DNA of 64,000 bases from Bacillota bacterium (GCA_050952625.1 JBMNLH010000002.1:98990-162989); one strand, 5' to 3'; counted from the first letter of the stretch, positions 1 to 9,697 are shown. Program-made: numbers and translations. The notes: generated from the sequence alone by a model not told the origin.

Positions 1-51
1 CTTGCGTTCTCCCTTGTTGATACTGGTACAAACCGCTACAATGCGTCCCAA
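1..51 (-). CDS. MOSC-domain protein, N-terminus only (runs off the window)
   Basis: TTG at 51 reads [17 protein letters not shown], a typical MOSC N-terminus; overlaps the moaC stop in a Moco cluster. Confidence 0.7.
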   Translation of the reverse strand, partial: MGRIVAVCTSINKGERK

Positions 52-542
52 ACTTCTTCCCCCCCTCTTTTATAGTTACCGCTTTTACCGCCGCTTTTCT
101 CTACTAACCGTAGATTAGTGATGACCATTTCCCGATCAACGGCCTTGCACATATCGTAGATGGTTAAAGCCGACACAGAGGCTGCGGTTAAGGCTTCCAT
201 TTCTACGCCGGTTTTCCCAGTTGTTTTAGCTCGGGCTTCCAAATGGACCGCACTTTCTGCTTCATCAAACCAGTAATTAACCTTAATACTGCTGATAAAT
301 AAAGGATGACACATGGGGATGAGTTCGCTGGTCCGTTTGGCGGCCATTATCCCGGCCACCTGGGCTACGCCCAAAACATCTCCCTTAGGCAGTCCACCCT
401 CCTGGATCAAGGCTAGGGTTTGCGGTTGCATTCGCACCTCAATCCGCGCCACTGCCTCCCGAACCGTATCTGCTTTCGCGGTTACGTCGACCATTTGGGC
501 TCTTCCCCGGGCATCTAAATGAGTCAGCTTTTCCTCAGTCAC
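36..542 (-). CDS. moaC: cyclic pyranopterin monophosphate synthase MoaC
   Basis: LTHLD..G.A.MVDV, LIPMCHP and TGVEMEAL motifs; start probably GTG 542 or ATG 557. Confidence 0.96.
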   Translation of the reverse strand: MTEEKLTHLDARGRAQMVDVTAKADTVREAVARIEVRMQPQTLALIQEGGLPKGDVLGVAQVAGIMAAKRTSELIPMCHPLFISSIKVNYWFDEAESAVHLEARAKTTGKTGVEMEALTAASVSALTIYDMCKAVDREMVITNLRLVEKSGGKSGNYKRGGEEVWDAL

Positions 543-567
543 ACTTCCCACCACCATCAAACTTATG

Positions 568-1563
568 TTAGCCCCCAATCTGGTACATCATGCGCGGCTG
601 ATTCCAGTCAGTCTCATTCATCAAGTGGCCTTGGGGCTTTTTCCTAACCGCCTCCAGGAAAATTTCCCCGAGCTTCTCGTCGTTGGCCCCTTCGCGCAAC
701 GGCCCTTTTAGATCAATTTCCCGTTGACTATTTAAGCATGGCCGCAGTTTCCCGTCCGCGGTAAGGCGCAACCGATTGCAAGCCGGACAAAAATGAACCG
801 AAAGAGGACTAATAAAGCCGATCGAACCCAACGCGCCTGAAAGGTGATAATAACTAGCCGGACCCGAACCAAGTACGCCGGCATCCGCTTCTAGCTCTAG
901 TTTAAAACCCTCTTCCACTCGCGCCTTTATTTCGGCCTGAGGCACCAAATGCTGCCGAGCCCAGCCATCTGCTTCACCGATTGGCATACACTCAATAAAC
1001 CTAATGTGCAAAGGATACAAGTAAGTTAACCGGGCAAAATCAAGGATCTCATCGTCATTGATTCCCCGCATCACTACCGTATTAATTTTAACTGGATAAA
1101 AAGACAAATCCAGGGCTGTTTCAATGCCCTCCCAAACCTGCTTTAAACTGCCTCCCCGGGTAATGGACCGGTATTTTTCCGGTTCCAGAGTATCTAGGCT
1201 AATATTAAGCCGCTTCAGTCCGGCTCGTTTAAGATCAGGTCCCATTTTGGCCAAAAGAATGCCGTTAGTAGTTAGAGATACATCAGTAATCCCCGGTATC
1301 CGGGTTAAATCTCTGATTAGGGATACTACACCCCGGCGGACCAGAGGCTCCCCACCAGTTAAACGGATCTTGGATATCCCGAGACCAGATGCGATTTTTA
1401 CTAATCTAAGAATCTCTTCAAACCGTAGAATCTCCCCATGGGGTTTCAGCGGAATTCCTTCCTCCGGCATACAGTAAACACATCTTAAGTTACACTTATC
1501 AGTAATGGAGATGCGCAGATAATCTATCTTTCGGCGGAAGGCATCTTTCATTGGAATCCACAC
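568..1563 (-). CDS. moaA: GTP 3',8-cyclase MoaA (radical SAM)
   Basis: [15 protein letters not shown]-terminal CxxCNRLR..C and terminal IGG. Confidence 0.97.
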   Translation of the reverse strand: MWIPMKDAFRRKIDYLRISITDKCNLRCVYCMPEEGIPLKPHGEILRFEEILRLVKIASGLGISKIRLTGGEPLVRRGVVSLIRDLTRIPGITDVSLTTNGILLAKMGPDLKRAGLKRLNISLDTLEPEKYRSITRGGSLKQVWEGIETALDLSFYPVKINTVVMRGINDDEILDFARLTYLYPLHIRFIECMPIGEADGWARQHLVPQAEIKARVEEGFKLELEADAGVLGSGPASYYHLSGALGSIGFISPLSVHFCPACNRLRLTADGKLRPCLNSQREIDLKGPLREGANDEKLGEIFLEAVRKKPQGHLMNETDWNQPRMMYQIGG

Positions 1564-1569
1564 CCCCCT

Positions 1570-1690
1570 ATTTAGATTTTAGACGTTGGACATTGGACGT
1601 TAGATGGATATTAGACCTTAGACCTAAGGGTTTTGACCTCAGGATGTTTAACCGATATCTTAAATCTAACATCCAATATCCAATGTCTAG
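1570..1690. repeat. degenerate heptamer tandem repeats (TTAGACG/TTGGACA family) with an inverted counterpart
   Basis: ttagatt ttagacg ttggaca ttggacg ttagatg ... tctaaca tccaata tccaatg tctag. Confidence 0.75.
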
Positions 1691-3612
1691 TTCGACTCCC
1701 ACATAACCCGACCGCAATCTCGCAAATCATACCCACCTAGAGCCTCAACTTCAGCTCGAAAAGCCGCTTCGTTTAAGACGGTTAGAATCCTTTGGATATG
1801 CTGATGCTCCCAAAAACGGATCGGTATACACAAATCATAGCGTTCGACCACTACCGGGACAAAATCCAAACCCAGTGCTCGAGCAGCAGCCAGGATCCCC
1901 AGACCAACATCCGCGGTCCCCGCTTTAATGGCGGCTGCTACTGCCATATGGGTAAATTCTTCCCGTTGATAGCCATTTATGTCATCAGGCGCAAGGCCTC
2001 GTTGTTTTAGTTCATAATCCAGCAAAATTCGCGTGCCGGCCCCCCGCTGTCGATTGACAAACCGCACCGCCGATCGAGTCAAATCTTCAAATCCCGTTAC
2101 TCCTAACGGGTTTCCGGGAGCAACCATCAGACCCTGCTGGCGGTAGGTGAGGTTTACCAGCCGAACTTTCTCTTCCGCTAAAAGACGTTGGACGTAACCC
2201 ACGTTATACTCACCGGTGTTTTCATCCAACAAGTGAATCCCGGCGGCGTGAGCCTCGCCTCGTCGCAAAGCCGTCAGTCCGCCCAAACTCCCCACATGGG
2301 CAGAGGACAGACCGCTGCCCGGCCATAGTTTTTTCAACCAGCTCCCGATCAGGTCTAAAACTACATCATGACTCCCAATAATGACACTGGTATTCTCAAT
2401 CTCTGCCTGATCGCGCAGTAAATCTATTTCTACCATTTCATTAGCCTGAACCCCTTCGGAAAACCTTGGTATCCGAAGTATCCCGTCCGCGCGTACCAGA
2501 GAACTAATCACGCCGGCCCCTCTGGCCATCGGGGTTATGACTAAACGCTCACCCACCCGACCAGCTTTAACGCGCACGAATTCCTCGACTCCCATCGGTG
2601 AAGGTGTTTTACGGGTTAGATAAGCTGCGGCTTTGGAAGCCACTGGCTCTGCCTGGCCTAATTTACGGCAGATTATGGGACGAGCCAGTAACTCGAAAGT
2701 AAGCGCAGCCGAAACTGGATATCCGGGAATTCCCAAGACCGGTTTGTCCTGGATAATCCCTAAAATCACCGGTTTGCCGGGTCGAATGGCTACGCCATGG
2801 ACGATTACCTGACCGAGTTCGGCAATCAAATCAGCCGTATAATCTTCCCGGCCGGCCGAAGAACCGGCATTAATAATCAAGAGATCCGCGGTCTCAACTG
2901 CTTCCCGGATGGCCTTTTTCAGAATTTCGTAATCGTCCGGCGTAATTGGCTGACGACTAGCCTGTCCGCCCCATTCTTCAGCCATCCCGCCTAAAACCTG
3001 ACTATTAAATTCCGTAATATCCCCCGGTTTTAATACCTGACCGGGTTCCACAATTTCGGTCCCGGTCGGTAAGAAGACCACCCGAGGTCGCGGGTGTACC
3101 TTTACCTCCATCACGCCCCCGGCCAGCAGTGCTCCAAGATCATAGGGCCTCAGTCGATGATTGGCTGGCAGAATCAACTCACCGGCCACTACATCCTCTC
3201 CGACAGTCCGAACGTGCTGCCAGGGGATCGCTGTCTGGATAATCTCAAAGGTCTCAGCCTCCAAAAACTGAATATCTTCAATCATAATCACCGCGTCAAA
3301 TCCCTCGGGTAAGGGATCACCGGTATCTACCACTACCCCTTGCTCGCCTAATTTGAGTCGGACCGGACTCGTTTCCGAGGCCCCAAAGGTATCCGCCGCT
3401 TTCACAGCTACCCCATCCATTGCTGAGGCGTTATAATGCGGGACCGATAGCCGGGCGTAAACTGGCTCAGCTGTTACCCGACCCCGACCTTCCATTACCG
3501 GCACCAACTCCGGCTGGCCCGGGTTTAACATGCCTTTTTCCCTCAGACATCTAAGGTAGCGTGCCAGGGCTTCCTCCAACGGCACATTATCAATATAAAT
3601 CTTTCGGCCCAA
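1687..3612 (-). CDS. moeA: MoeA fused to a PBP/LysR-type substrate-binding domain
   Basis: SAMDG, AGSSAGRED, RPGKP and GIPGYP motifs; C-terminal GSHD and NRQRGAGTR PBP domain. Confidence 0.93.
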   Translation of the reverse strand: MGRKIYIDNVPLEEALARYLRCLREKGMLNPGQPELVPVMEGRGRVTAEPVYARLSVPHYNASAMDGVAVKAADTFGASETSPVRLKLGEQGVVVDTGDPLPEGFDAVIMIEDIQFLEAETFEIIQTAIPWQHVRTVGEDVVAGELILPANHRLRPYDLGALLAGGVMEVKVHPRPRVVFLPTGTEIVEPGQVLKPGDITEFNSQVLGGMAEEWGGQASRQPITPDDYEILKKAIREAVETADLLIINAGSSAGREDYTADLIAELGQVIVHGVAIRPGKPVILGIIQDKPVLGIPGYPVSAALTFELLARPIICRKLGQAEPVASKAAAYLTRKTPSPMGVEEFVRVKAGRVGERLVITPMARGAGVISSLVRADGILRIPRFSEGVQANEMVEIDLLRDQAEIENTSVIIGSHDVVLDLIGSWLKKLWPGSGLSSAHVGSLGGLTALRRGEAHAAGIHLLDENTGEYNVGYVQRLLAEEKVRLVNLTYRQQGLMVAPGNPLGVTGFEDLTRSAVRFVNRQRGAGTRILLDYELKQRGLAPDDINGYQREEFTHMAVAAAIKAGTADVGLGILAAARALGLDFVPVVVERYDLCIPIRFWEHQHIQRILTVLNEAAFRAEVEALGGYDLRDCGRVMWESN

Positions 3613-3654
3613 CCGGTTTCCCCCTTCCTCAAGTCATCGGGATTCTGGTTTTAA

Positions 3655-3750
3655 CGCGCCGTGTTTAAACGAAGGTCAGCGATTGGCGATTTACATCGGT
3701 TATTTATCGCTGCCTGTCTAGCCTGCTGACCGAGTTATAATACACAAGCG
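3655..3750 (+). repeat. dispersed ~95-nt hairpin repeat, full copy A
   Basis: Core AGGTCAGCGATTGGCG shared with the copies at 6049, 9590, 26458, 30293 and 31077. Confidence 0.75.
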
Positions 3751-3768
3751 AATACAGCAATCAAGACC

Positions 3769-3787
3769 GGGACAGTTAATCTGTCCC
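3769..3787. repeat. REP-like palindrome GGGACAG-N5-CTGTCCC
   Basis: Same arms and spacing at 14611-14629 and 31860-31878. Confidence 0.7.
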
Positions 3788-3806
3788 CCGGTCCCACTCA
3801 TGTAGC

Positions 3807-5090
3807 TCAACTAAACAGGTGAACTTCGACCGTTTCTCCAGCTAGCAAGCCCTGTTTTTCTAAGGGTATTTTAACCAAGCCATGGGCTTTGACCATCGTC
3901 ATCAATAAACCAGATTTACCAAGTAAAGGCTCGGCTAGCCATTGATCGCCGTCCCGGAATAAACGAACCCGAACATAATCCTCTCGCCCAGCAGCCGAGG
4001 CCAAATTCCGGGTCAAACGAGCCAAAATAAAGGGACGACACTGCGATTGATAAAATAACCCATTGGAGGATTCTTCTGCTAACTCATCAACTTTATCATG
4101 AACTCGGGAGCCAGTTAACCAGGGTTCAACTAAAATCTGGAAGACCAGCATGGCTGAGGCCGGATGCCCGGGCAACCCAATTACCGGTTTGTTCTGGACT
4201 ACTGCTCCAATTGCCGGTTTACCGGGGCGCAAGGCTAATCCATGAAATAAAATCCCCGGACTACCCAAAGAATTAATAACCTCAGCCGTTACATCCCGCG
4301 ACCCGACCGAACTGCCACCGGACAGAATAACCAAATCTTGTTCCTGCAAAGCCTTTTCCACGGTAGCCCGCAGGGAAGAAAAATCATCAGGGACAATGCC
4401 ATATAGTTGGGGAAGGCCGCCAGCTTGATAAACTAAACCCAGCAAGGTGTAAGAATTAACATCACGAACTTGACCAGGACCAGGCTGACTCGTTATTTCG
4501 ACCACTTCATCCCCGGTAGAAATAATCCCTACTCGCCAGGGACATAACACCTCCACTTCAGCGATACCAAGGGAGGCTAAAAAACCGAGATCCTGCGGTC
4601 GGAGACGATAGCCCCGGGGAAAGATCAGCTCTCCCCGGGCCACATCTTCCCCAGCCCGAATTATATTTTCCCCCGGCCCCACTGGCCGAGTAATCCCCAT
4701 CGTTTGGCCAGCCAGCGGTTCAGTATACTCAATCATTACTACCGCATCCGCTCCCGGCGGGAGCATACCCCCGGTAGCGATCCGAATTGCCTGGCCGGAT
4801 TTTAATTCCTGGGTGGCCGGTTGACCCATCAAAATCTCGCCAACCACCTCCAGGTAAGCCGGCAGACCTTCCGATGCCCCAAAGGTATCACTGGCTTTAA
4901 CTGCTAAGCCATCCACGGTTGATCGATCAAAGCTGGGAACATCTTCTTCGGCCCGGATCACTTTACTCACCCGGCGTCCCAGGGTTTGCGCCAGAGGCAA
5001 TCTTTCCGTTTTCCAGGCATCAACTGCTCCGGCTAGTTCAATCCGGAGGCGGGCCTCTTCAACCGACACGACCTGAAACAACTCTGTCAT
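3807..5090 (-). CDS. moeA: molybdopterin molybdotransferase MoeA (gephyrin-like Glp)
   Basis: RSTVDG, TGGMLPPGADAV, SGGSSVG, RPGKP and GLPGHP motifs. Confidence 0.95.
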   Translation of the reverse strand: MTELFQVVSVEEARLRIELAGAVDAWKTERLPLAQTLGRRVSKVIRAEEDVPSFDRSTVDGLAVKASDTFGASEGLPAYLEVVGEILMGQPATQELKSGQAIRIATGGMLPPGADAVVMIEYTEPLAGQTMGITRPVGPGENIIRAGEDVARGELIFPRGYRLRPQDLGFLASLGIAEVEVLCPWRVGIISTGDEVVEITSQPGPGQVRDVNSYTLLGLVYQAGGLPQLYGIVPDDFSSLRATVEKALQEQDLVILSGGSSVGSRDVTAEVINSLGSPGILFHGLALRPGKPAIGAVVQNKPVIGLPGHPASAMLVFQILVEPWLTGSRVHDKVDELAEESSNGLFYQSQCRPFILARLTRNLASAAGREDYVRVRLFRDGDQWLAEPLLGKSGLLMTMVKAHGLVKIPLEKQGLLAGETVEVHLFS

Positions 5091-5103
5091 AACGACCTCA
5101 CTA

Positions 5104-5283
5104 TTACTTAAAACAGCCTAATTCACAGCCTTTAATCTTTATCTTAAGTTGATCGCAGGCGATTCCGACTATCCGTGGTGACACACCTTGCTCCTCAGCA
5201 ATCTTTCGGGCAACCGGACAAGATATCCGTCCCTCCGGAGCTGCTTTTTTAACCGCTTCGAGCACTTCTGGCTTCACTTCCAT
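5104..5283 (-). CDS. 59-aa Cys-rich protein, missed by the ORF track
   Basis: MEVKPEVLEAVKKAAPEGRISCPVARKIAEEQGVSPRIVGIACDQLKIKIKGCELGCFK; stop abuts the moeA RBS. Confidence 0.85.
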   Translation of the reverse strand: MEVKPEVLEAVKKAAPEGRISCPVARKIAEEQGVSPRIVGIACDQLKIKIKGCELGCFK

Positions 5284-5411
5284 AACTAACCTGGTTGCTA
5301 ATGCCCTATTGGGCTGACCAGGTTGGCACCACCTTTCTTTTTTCTGGCACTGGCATGAACCAGATCGGTTAATCTAAATATGACAATCATCTACATTATT
5401 CGATATTAACC

Positions 5412-6020
5412 TTAGATTCTCCTGCTACCAGGGGAGTTAATCACTCCTTTTTCCGTGACAATCACCGGCACAGTCACATCATGCTTTTCCGGGTAAACAG
5501 TCTTAACCACTTGAAAGTCATAGGCTAGGCCGACTACTTCAGTCCGAGGCGGCAATCGCCCTAAAAACCGATCATAAAACCCTTGCCCATAACCCAATCG
5601 ATATCCCTGAATATCAAAAGCCACGCCCGGCACAATAACCAAATCAATCTGTTCCACTGGCCAAGGGGATTGCCTGCCTCCGGCTGGCTCGAGAATACCA
5701 TACCGACCGGGAACCAGACTATCCGGATAACTATCGACCGAAACTGGTCGCAGTTGCCGATTTTCCCATTCAGCAACCGGCAAAAGGACCTGTTTTTGCT
5801 GACCGAAAGCGGCTTGTAGCAACAATTCGGTATCAACTTCATTATGCAGTGGCGCATAAGCCATAATCGCTTTAGCCTTACGAAAGTTTGGACTGGCAAC
5901 CAGAAATTCGGTTATCTGCTTACTCCACCGGGTTACTTCCCCGGCTCCCAGTGCTCGGCGCTTGGTTAACATGGTTTGCCGGAGGGTATGTTTAAGATCC
6001 TTAATCCCAAATCTATCCAC
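5412..6020 (-). CDS. 5-formyltetrahydrofolate cyclo-ligase
   Basis: DLVIVPGVAFD..GYRLGYGQGFYDR signature. Confidence 0.95.
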   Translation of the reverse strand: MDRFGIKDLKHTLRQTMLTKRRALGAGEVTRWSKQITEFLVASPNFRKAKAIMAYAPLHNEVDTELLLQAAFGQQKQVLLPVAEWENRQLRPVSVDSYPDSLVPGRYGILEPAGGRQSPWPVEQIDLVIVPGVAFDIQGYRLGYGQGFYDRFLGRLPPRTEVVGLAYDFQVVKTVYPEKHDVTVPVIVTEKGVINSPGSRRI

Positions 6021-6048
6021 AGGTTATCCATTCCCTTTCTAAAGCAAA

Positions 6049-6116
6049 CGCTCATATTTTAACGAAGAACGAGACAAACCGTCAATCGCTGACCTCCGTT
6101 AAAACGCGGCACGATC
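6049..6116 (-). repeat. dispersed hairpin repeat, internally deleted copy D
   Basis: Minus strand reads GATCGTGCCGCGTTTTAACGGAGGTCAGCGATTGACGG. Confidence 0.65.
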
Positions 6117-6138
6117 AATTTTTCATAGATGGTACTGC

Positions 6139-6900
6139 TTAGCGGGACAGTAAACCGGTCCTTCTAGCCCGGTTGCGCTGATAAACATAGGTCACGGCCG
6201 CAATCGTAAACAATCCCAAACTAACCAACTGGGCGATAGTAATCGGTCCCAGGATCAATAGATTCTCCCGAAAAACCTCTACCACGGCTCGCATTACCGC
6301 ATAAATCATTAAATATACCAGAAAGACCTGACCAGGAAACTTCCGACGGTAAAACAGCCAGATTAACATCCCAAACAAGAGCAGCGCCAAACCAGTTGAA
6401 TATAGTTGAGTAGGATGGCGAGAGATTTCCAGCAGTCCTGGAAAGACCACTCCCCAAGGTAAATCAGTCGGCTTTCCGAAACAACAGCCATTAAGAAAAC
6501 ACCCGATCCGAACAATTCCATAACCCAAAGCCAGAAATGGGGCAACAACATCGGCTAGGTCCCAAAATGGCAGGTGGTAACGATAGACATACCCTCCACC
6601 GGCTGCAATCCCACCTAGTAATCCACCATAAAAAACTAAACCGGGCTGGTTTAACTTAATAATCTCTAATGGATAGGCGGAAAAAAATTGCCAATCATAA
6701 AAGAAGACGTAGAACAACCTTCCCCCAATTAAGCCGGCTAAGATCAGCCAAATCGCCAAATCCAGAATCCGATCCGGATCTATGCCGGCTCGGATTGCCA
6801 ACCGGCGCGCCCCGACTACCCCGACGATTACAGCCAGACTCAGCATCGTTCCCCAAGCATAAACCGGGACCGATCCGATACTAAATAAAACGGGCTGCAC
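6139..6900 (-). CDS. lgt: prolipoprotein diacylglyceryl transferase
   Basis: GGRLFYV, GLVFYGG, RIGCFLNGCC.G and HPTQLY motifs. Confidence 0.96.
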   Translation of the reverse strand: MQPVLFSIGSVPVYAWGTMLSLAVIVGVVGARRLAIRAGIDPDRILDLAIWLILAGLIGGRLFYVFFYDWQFFSAYPLEIIKLNQPGLVFYGGLLGGIAAGGGYVYRYHLPFWDLADVVAPFLALGYGIVRIGCFLNGCCFGKPTDLPWGVVFPGLLEISRHPTQLYSTGLALLLFGMLIWLFYRRKFPGQVFLVYLMIYAVMRAVVEVFRENLLILGPITIAQLVSLGLFTIAAVTYVYQRNRARRTGLLSR

Positions 6901-6927
6901 TTATTAACCCCCTTCATCCGAATCAAA

Positions 6928-7026
6928 AGACTCCCGCTTCTATAAGCGGGGTTACCTTGTTAAAACTTCAGGCGGAGTAAAGTCTCCATCTGCCACCTCG
7001 TTGTTCGGCCAAGCCGAACAAGTTTC
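6928..7026 (+). mobile_element. non-coding IS200/IS605-family end remnant (MITE-like)
   Basis: CCCGCTTCTATAAGCGGG hairpin plus a block homologous to 35495-35568; resembles clostridial IS605 ends from memory. Confidence 0.6.
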
Positions 7027-7046
7027 TATCCCCACAATCCACAGCC

Positions 7047-7158
7047 AGTGGATAAGTCATTTATCCCCGGTTCAATAAATCACAAATCAAGTACAAAGTG
7101 CATGAATCCTAGTTATCAACAATTTTATCCACAATATCCACAGGTTTTTTTATCCACA
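7047..7158. promoter_or_regulatory. DnaA-box cluster downstream of tsaD
   Basis: Perfect TTATCCACA at 7125 and 7150; 1-mismatch boxes at 7047, 7113 and 7134. Confidence 0.8.
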
Positions 7159-7324
7159 ACCTAACTAATCTGTTTTATCCAACCCATGACCACAGTCTTA
7201 GCGTCCTGCTCAGAACGTCCCCAACCCTTTGATATAAAGGTATTTAATCATTTTATCCGACTATTTATCGGATTAAATGAAAGATAATCGCAAAACGAGT
7301 TCACTTTACTGATATGCCATTGAT

Positions 7325-8356
7325 CTAATAAGCCGCCAACGCTAAATTAGGTACAGCATTTAAACTTAACGTGGCAAATTCCCCGCTTCGGTAACGGTAA
7401 TAACCCGCTGTCGCGATCATGGCGGCATTGTCCGTACATAAATTGATTGACGGAAAATAAACCCGCGTCCCGGCGGGGAGACTCGCCGTCAACAGAGCTT
7501 CCCGCAACCGGGAATTAGCGGATACTCCACCAGCTAAGATGATCGTCTCAACCTTTTCCCGCCAAACCGCCTTAACAGTTTTATCCACTAAGACTTCAAT
7601 CACTGCCTCCTGAAAACTGGCTGCTACATCGGCCGGAGACCATGGTTGCTCAGTCATCCGCTTCTGGTTGATGTAATTAAGCACTGCGGTTTTTAGCCCA
7701 CTATAGCTAAAATCCAGACTATCGCCGGGTAAACGAGCACGCGGAAAGTCAATCGCCGCCGGGTTTCCCTCTCGGGCTAGTTTTTCGATTAAAGGACCTC
7801 CCGGGTATCCTAGCCCCAGCACCCGGGCGATCTTATCAAACGCTTCACCCGCGGCATCATCCCGAGTCCGGCCTAAAACCCGGTATTTCCCATGTTCCTC
7901 CATGTACAGCAAATCAGTGTGCCCCCCGGAGACCACCAAAGCTGCTAAAGGGAAGGATAAATCCGAATACTCTAAGAAATTAGCGTAGATATGCCCCTCA
8001 AGATGGTTAACCCCGATAAGGGGGATTCCCCGGGCATAAGCTAAGGCCTTAGCGGTAGAGACGCCGACTAAAAGGGCACCGACCAGGCCGGGTCCATAGG
8101 TCACCGCAATGGCCGAAAGGTCAGCAAAGCCTATTCCGGCTCGTTCCAAGGCCTCCTCAATGACCAGAGATAAGTTTTCCAGGTGTTGTCGCGAAGCGAT
8201 TTCTGGTACCACACCACCAAATTTCTGGTGAACGTCTATCTGGGAAGCAACGCAATTCGAGATAATCTGCCGGCCGTTAACCACCACTGCCGCCGCGGTA
8301 TCATCACAGCTCGTCTCAATCCCCAAAATGACACAGTCTTTATCAGTTACACTCAT
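7325..8356 (-). CDS. tsaD: tRNA t6A threonylcarbamoyltransferase TsaD (Gcp)
   Basis: [30 protein letters not shown] and DNAAMIA motifs. Confidence 0.98.
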   Translation of the reverse strand: MSVTDKDCVILGIETSCDDTAAAVVVNGRQIISNCVASQIDVHQKFGGVVPEIASRQHLENLSLVIEEALERAGIGFADLSAIAVTYGPGLVGALLVGVSTAKALAYARGIPLIGVNHLEGHIYANFLEYSDLSFPLAALVVSGGHTDLLYMEEHGKYRVLGRTRDDAAGEAFDKIARVLGLGYPGGPLIEKLAREGNPAAIDFPRARLPGDSLDFSYSGLKTAVLNYINQKRMTEQPWSPADVAASFQEAVIEVLVDKTVKAVWREKVETIILAGGVSANSRLREALLTASLPAGTRVYFPSINLCTDNAAMIATAGYYRYRSGEFATLSLNAVPNLALAAY

Positions 8357-8502
8357 CCTCAGTCCTCCGCCAACGGCCCTGTTTGGAATACAAGCCCTTG
8401 ATCAATCTTGAACAAACAGGATCTATAATTAAAAAGTATATAAGCCAAGGATATTGTAGCATAAATAGTCGAAATAATGCCATAATGATTCTGCGCAAGC
8501 AC

Positions 8503-8655
8503 CTAATCCATCAATGACTTCCACAAAAGATAAACTGAGATGATCAACATCCCCCGTACCACATTTTTTTGCAGCCGAGACTCCCAAGGCCAGTTGATCA
8601 ACTCCAGAAAAATGATGACGCTGCCGGCCACGATTAAAAGGTCAATGATAACCAC
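8503..8655 (-). CDS. putative ~50-aa small membrane protein
   Basis: VVIIDLLIVAGSVIIFLELINWPWESRLQKNVVRGMLIISVYLLWKSLMD, two hydrophobic segments; GAGGTG SD-like motif; start uncertain (GTG 8655 or ATT 8646). Confidence 0.5.
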   Translation of the reverse strand: MVIIDLLIVAGSVIIFLELINWPWESRLQKNVVRGMLIISVYLLWKSLMD

Positions 8656-8771
8656 CTCATTAGTAATTATCTATTCTATAAATTTCTCTATTCAGCCTAA
8701 CTTATCAAAATTTTCTTAAAAATTTAATCACCAGATGTATTAAAATGCCTTCACCAGGGTAATAATACTAA

Positions 8772-8837
8772 TGGGATTACCCTCCCTATAACTCTCTGAG
8801 AAAGCCCTCGGGAATGGCTCCCCTGGGGGTTTTCTTC
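8772..8837 (+). ncRNA. candidate forespore (sigma-F/G) small RNA
   Basis: GGTAATAATA -10 at 8758-8767, a CCTCCC tract, a terminator hairpin with T-run, and no ORF. Confidence 0.4.
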
Positions 8838-8873
8838 TGTCCATTTTGCTCTGGTCAAAACCGGATTTTCTTC

Positions 8874-8901
8874 TTGTAAATCAAGTAAATGGTGCTATAA
8901 T
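8874..8901 (+). promoter_or_regulatory. sigma-A promoter of the ferredoxin gene
   Basis: TTGTAA-N16-TATAAT with extended TG. Confidence 0.6.
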
Positions 8902-8943
8902 GTTTTAGTATATTACTAGAAATCAAACAGGGAGGGTAGTTCC

Positions 8944-9117
8944 ATGGCTTACAAAATCAACGATGACTGCATTTCCTGCGGTCTATGCGCAGATGAATGT
9001 CCGGCGGAAGCCATCAGCGAAGGGGACGATAAATATATTATCGACCCTGAAACATGTACTGATTGTGGATCTTGCGCTGATGTTTGTCCGGTTAGTGCCC
9101 CAGAAGCCCAAGAATAA
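8944..9117 (+). CDS. fdx: 2[4Fe-4S] clostridial-type ferredoxin (57 aa), missed by the ORF track
   Basis: MAYKINDDCISCGLCADECP...CTDCGSCADVCP, two CxxCxxCxxxCP motifs; GGAGG RBS. Confidence 0.97.
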   Translation: MAYKINDDCISCGLCADECPAEAISEGDDKYIIDPETCTDCGSCADVCPVSAPEAQE

Positions 9118-9133
9118 TAATGAGCGCAATAGT

Positions 9134-9158
9134 TAAACCCTCCAATCTGGAGGGTTTT
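9134..9158 (+). terminator. intrinsic terminator after ferredoxin
   Basis: AAACCCTCCA-ATC-TGGAGGGTTTT. Confidence 0.8.
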
Positions 9159-9573
9159 GCTGTTATATTGTTCGAACAAACCCTTAGCATCACTTATTTC
9201 ATCTCTGATTGTATCACCAACATTTGACATTATTATTGCAAAACCACCGGGATCAACTCTTTCAGGATTCGCACAAAAATGCCAAAAACCTGAAAGCCGC
9301 TTTTCTGTAATGTCGATTTTTTGACTAGCTAATTGATGGCGGATGATTTATCGACAGTAGGCACACAAATGAGATGTAATATGAGTTCCCGGGCCTTCCT
9401 CTATCGCTGGAATATTTCGGCGGCAGGAAAGGCACACCCTCTGAACTGGTCCTGGCGGTATTGGTGAGATCAATGTTTGATCGATAACTATCGGCTGAAT
9501 GTTTCGGTGCATAGCTGGACCTCGCCTCGTTATTGCTAATAATCAAATAGGCTCCAGTTATAGTGTGATCACT

Positions 9574-9682
9574 GCTCGCCGGTTCCATACTGTTTTTAAA
9601 CGGTCAGCGATGGCAATTTACAGCATAATGTTGCCGTTCCCAGCTTAGCTTAGCCGGCTGACCGAGAAAAACACGGGCGAGC
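9574..9682 (+). repeat. dispersed hairpin repeat, full copy B
   Basis: TGTTTTTAAACGGTCAGCGATGGCAA...GCTGACCGAGAAAAACA. Confidence 0.7.
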
Positions 9683-9697
9683 CATCAACTGCACCAG

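Noticed and set aside
7047-7260. DnaA boxes as oriC
   Set aside because: There is no dnaA/dnaN/rpmH context and gene orientation does not switch here.
8949-9230. 93-aa minus-strand ORF
   Set aside because: Mostly the antisense shadow of the real ferredoxin gene.
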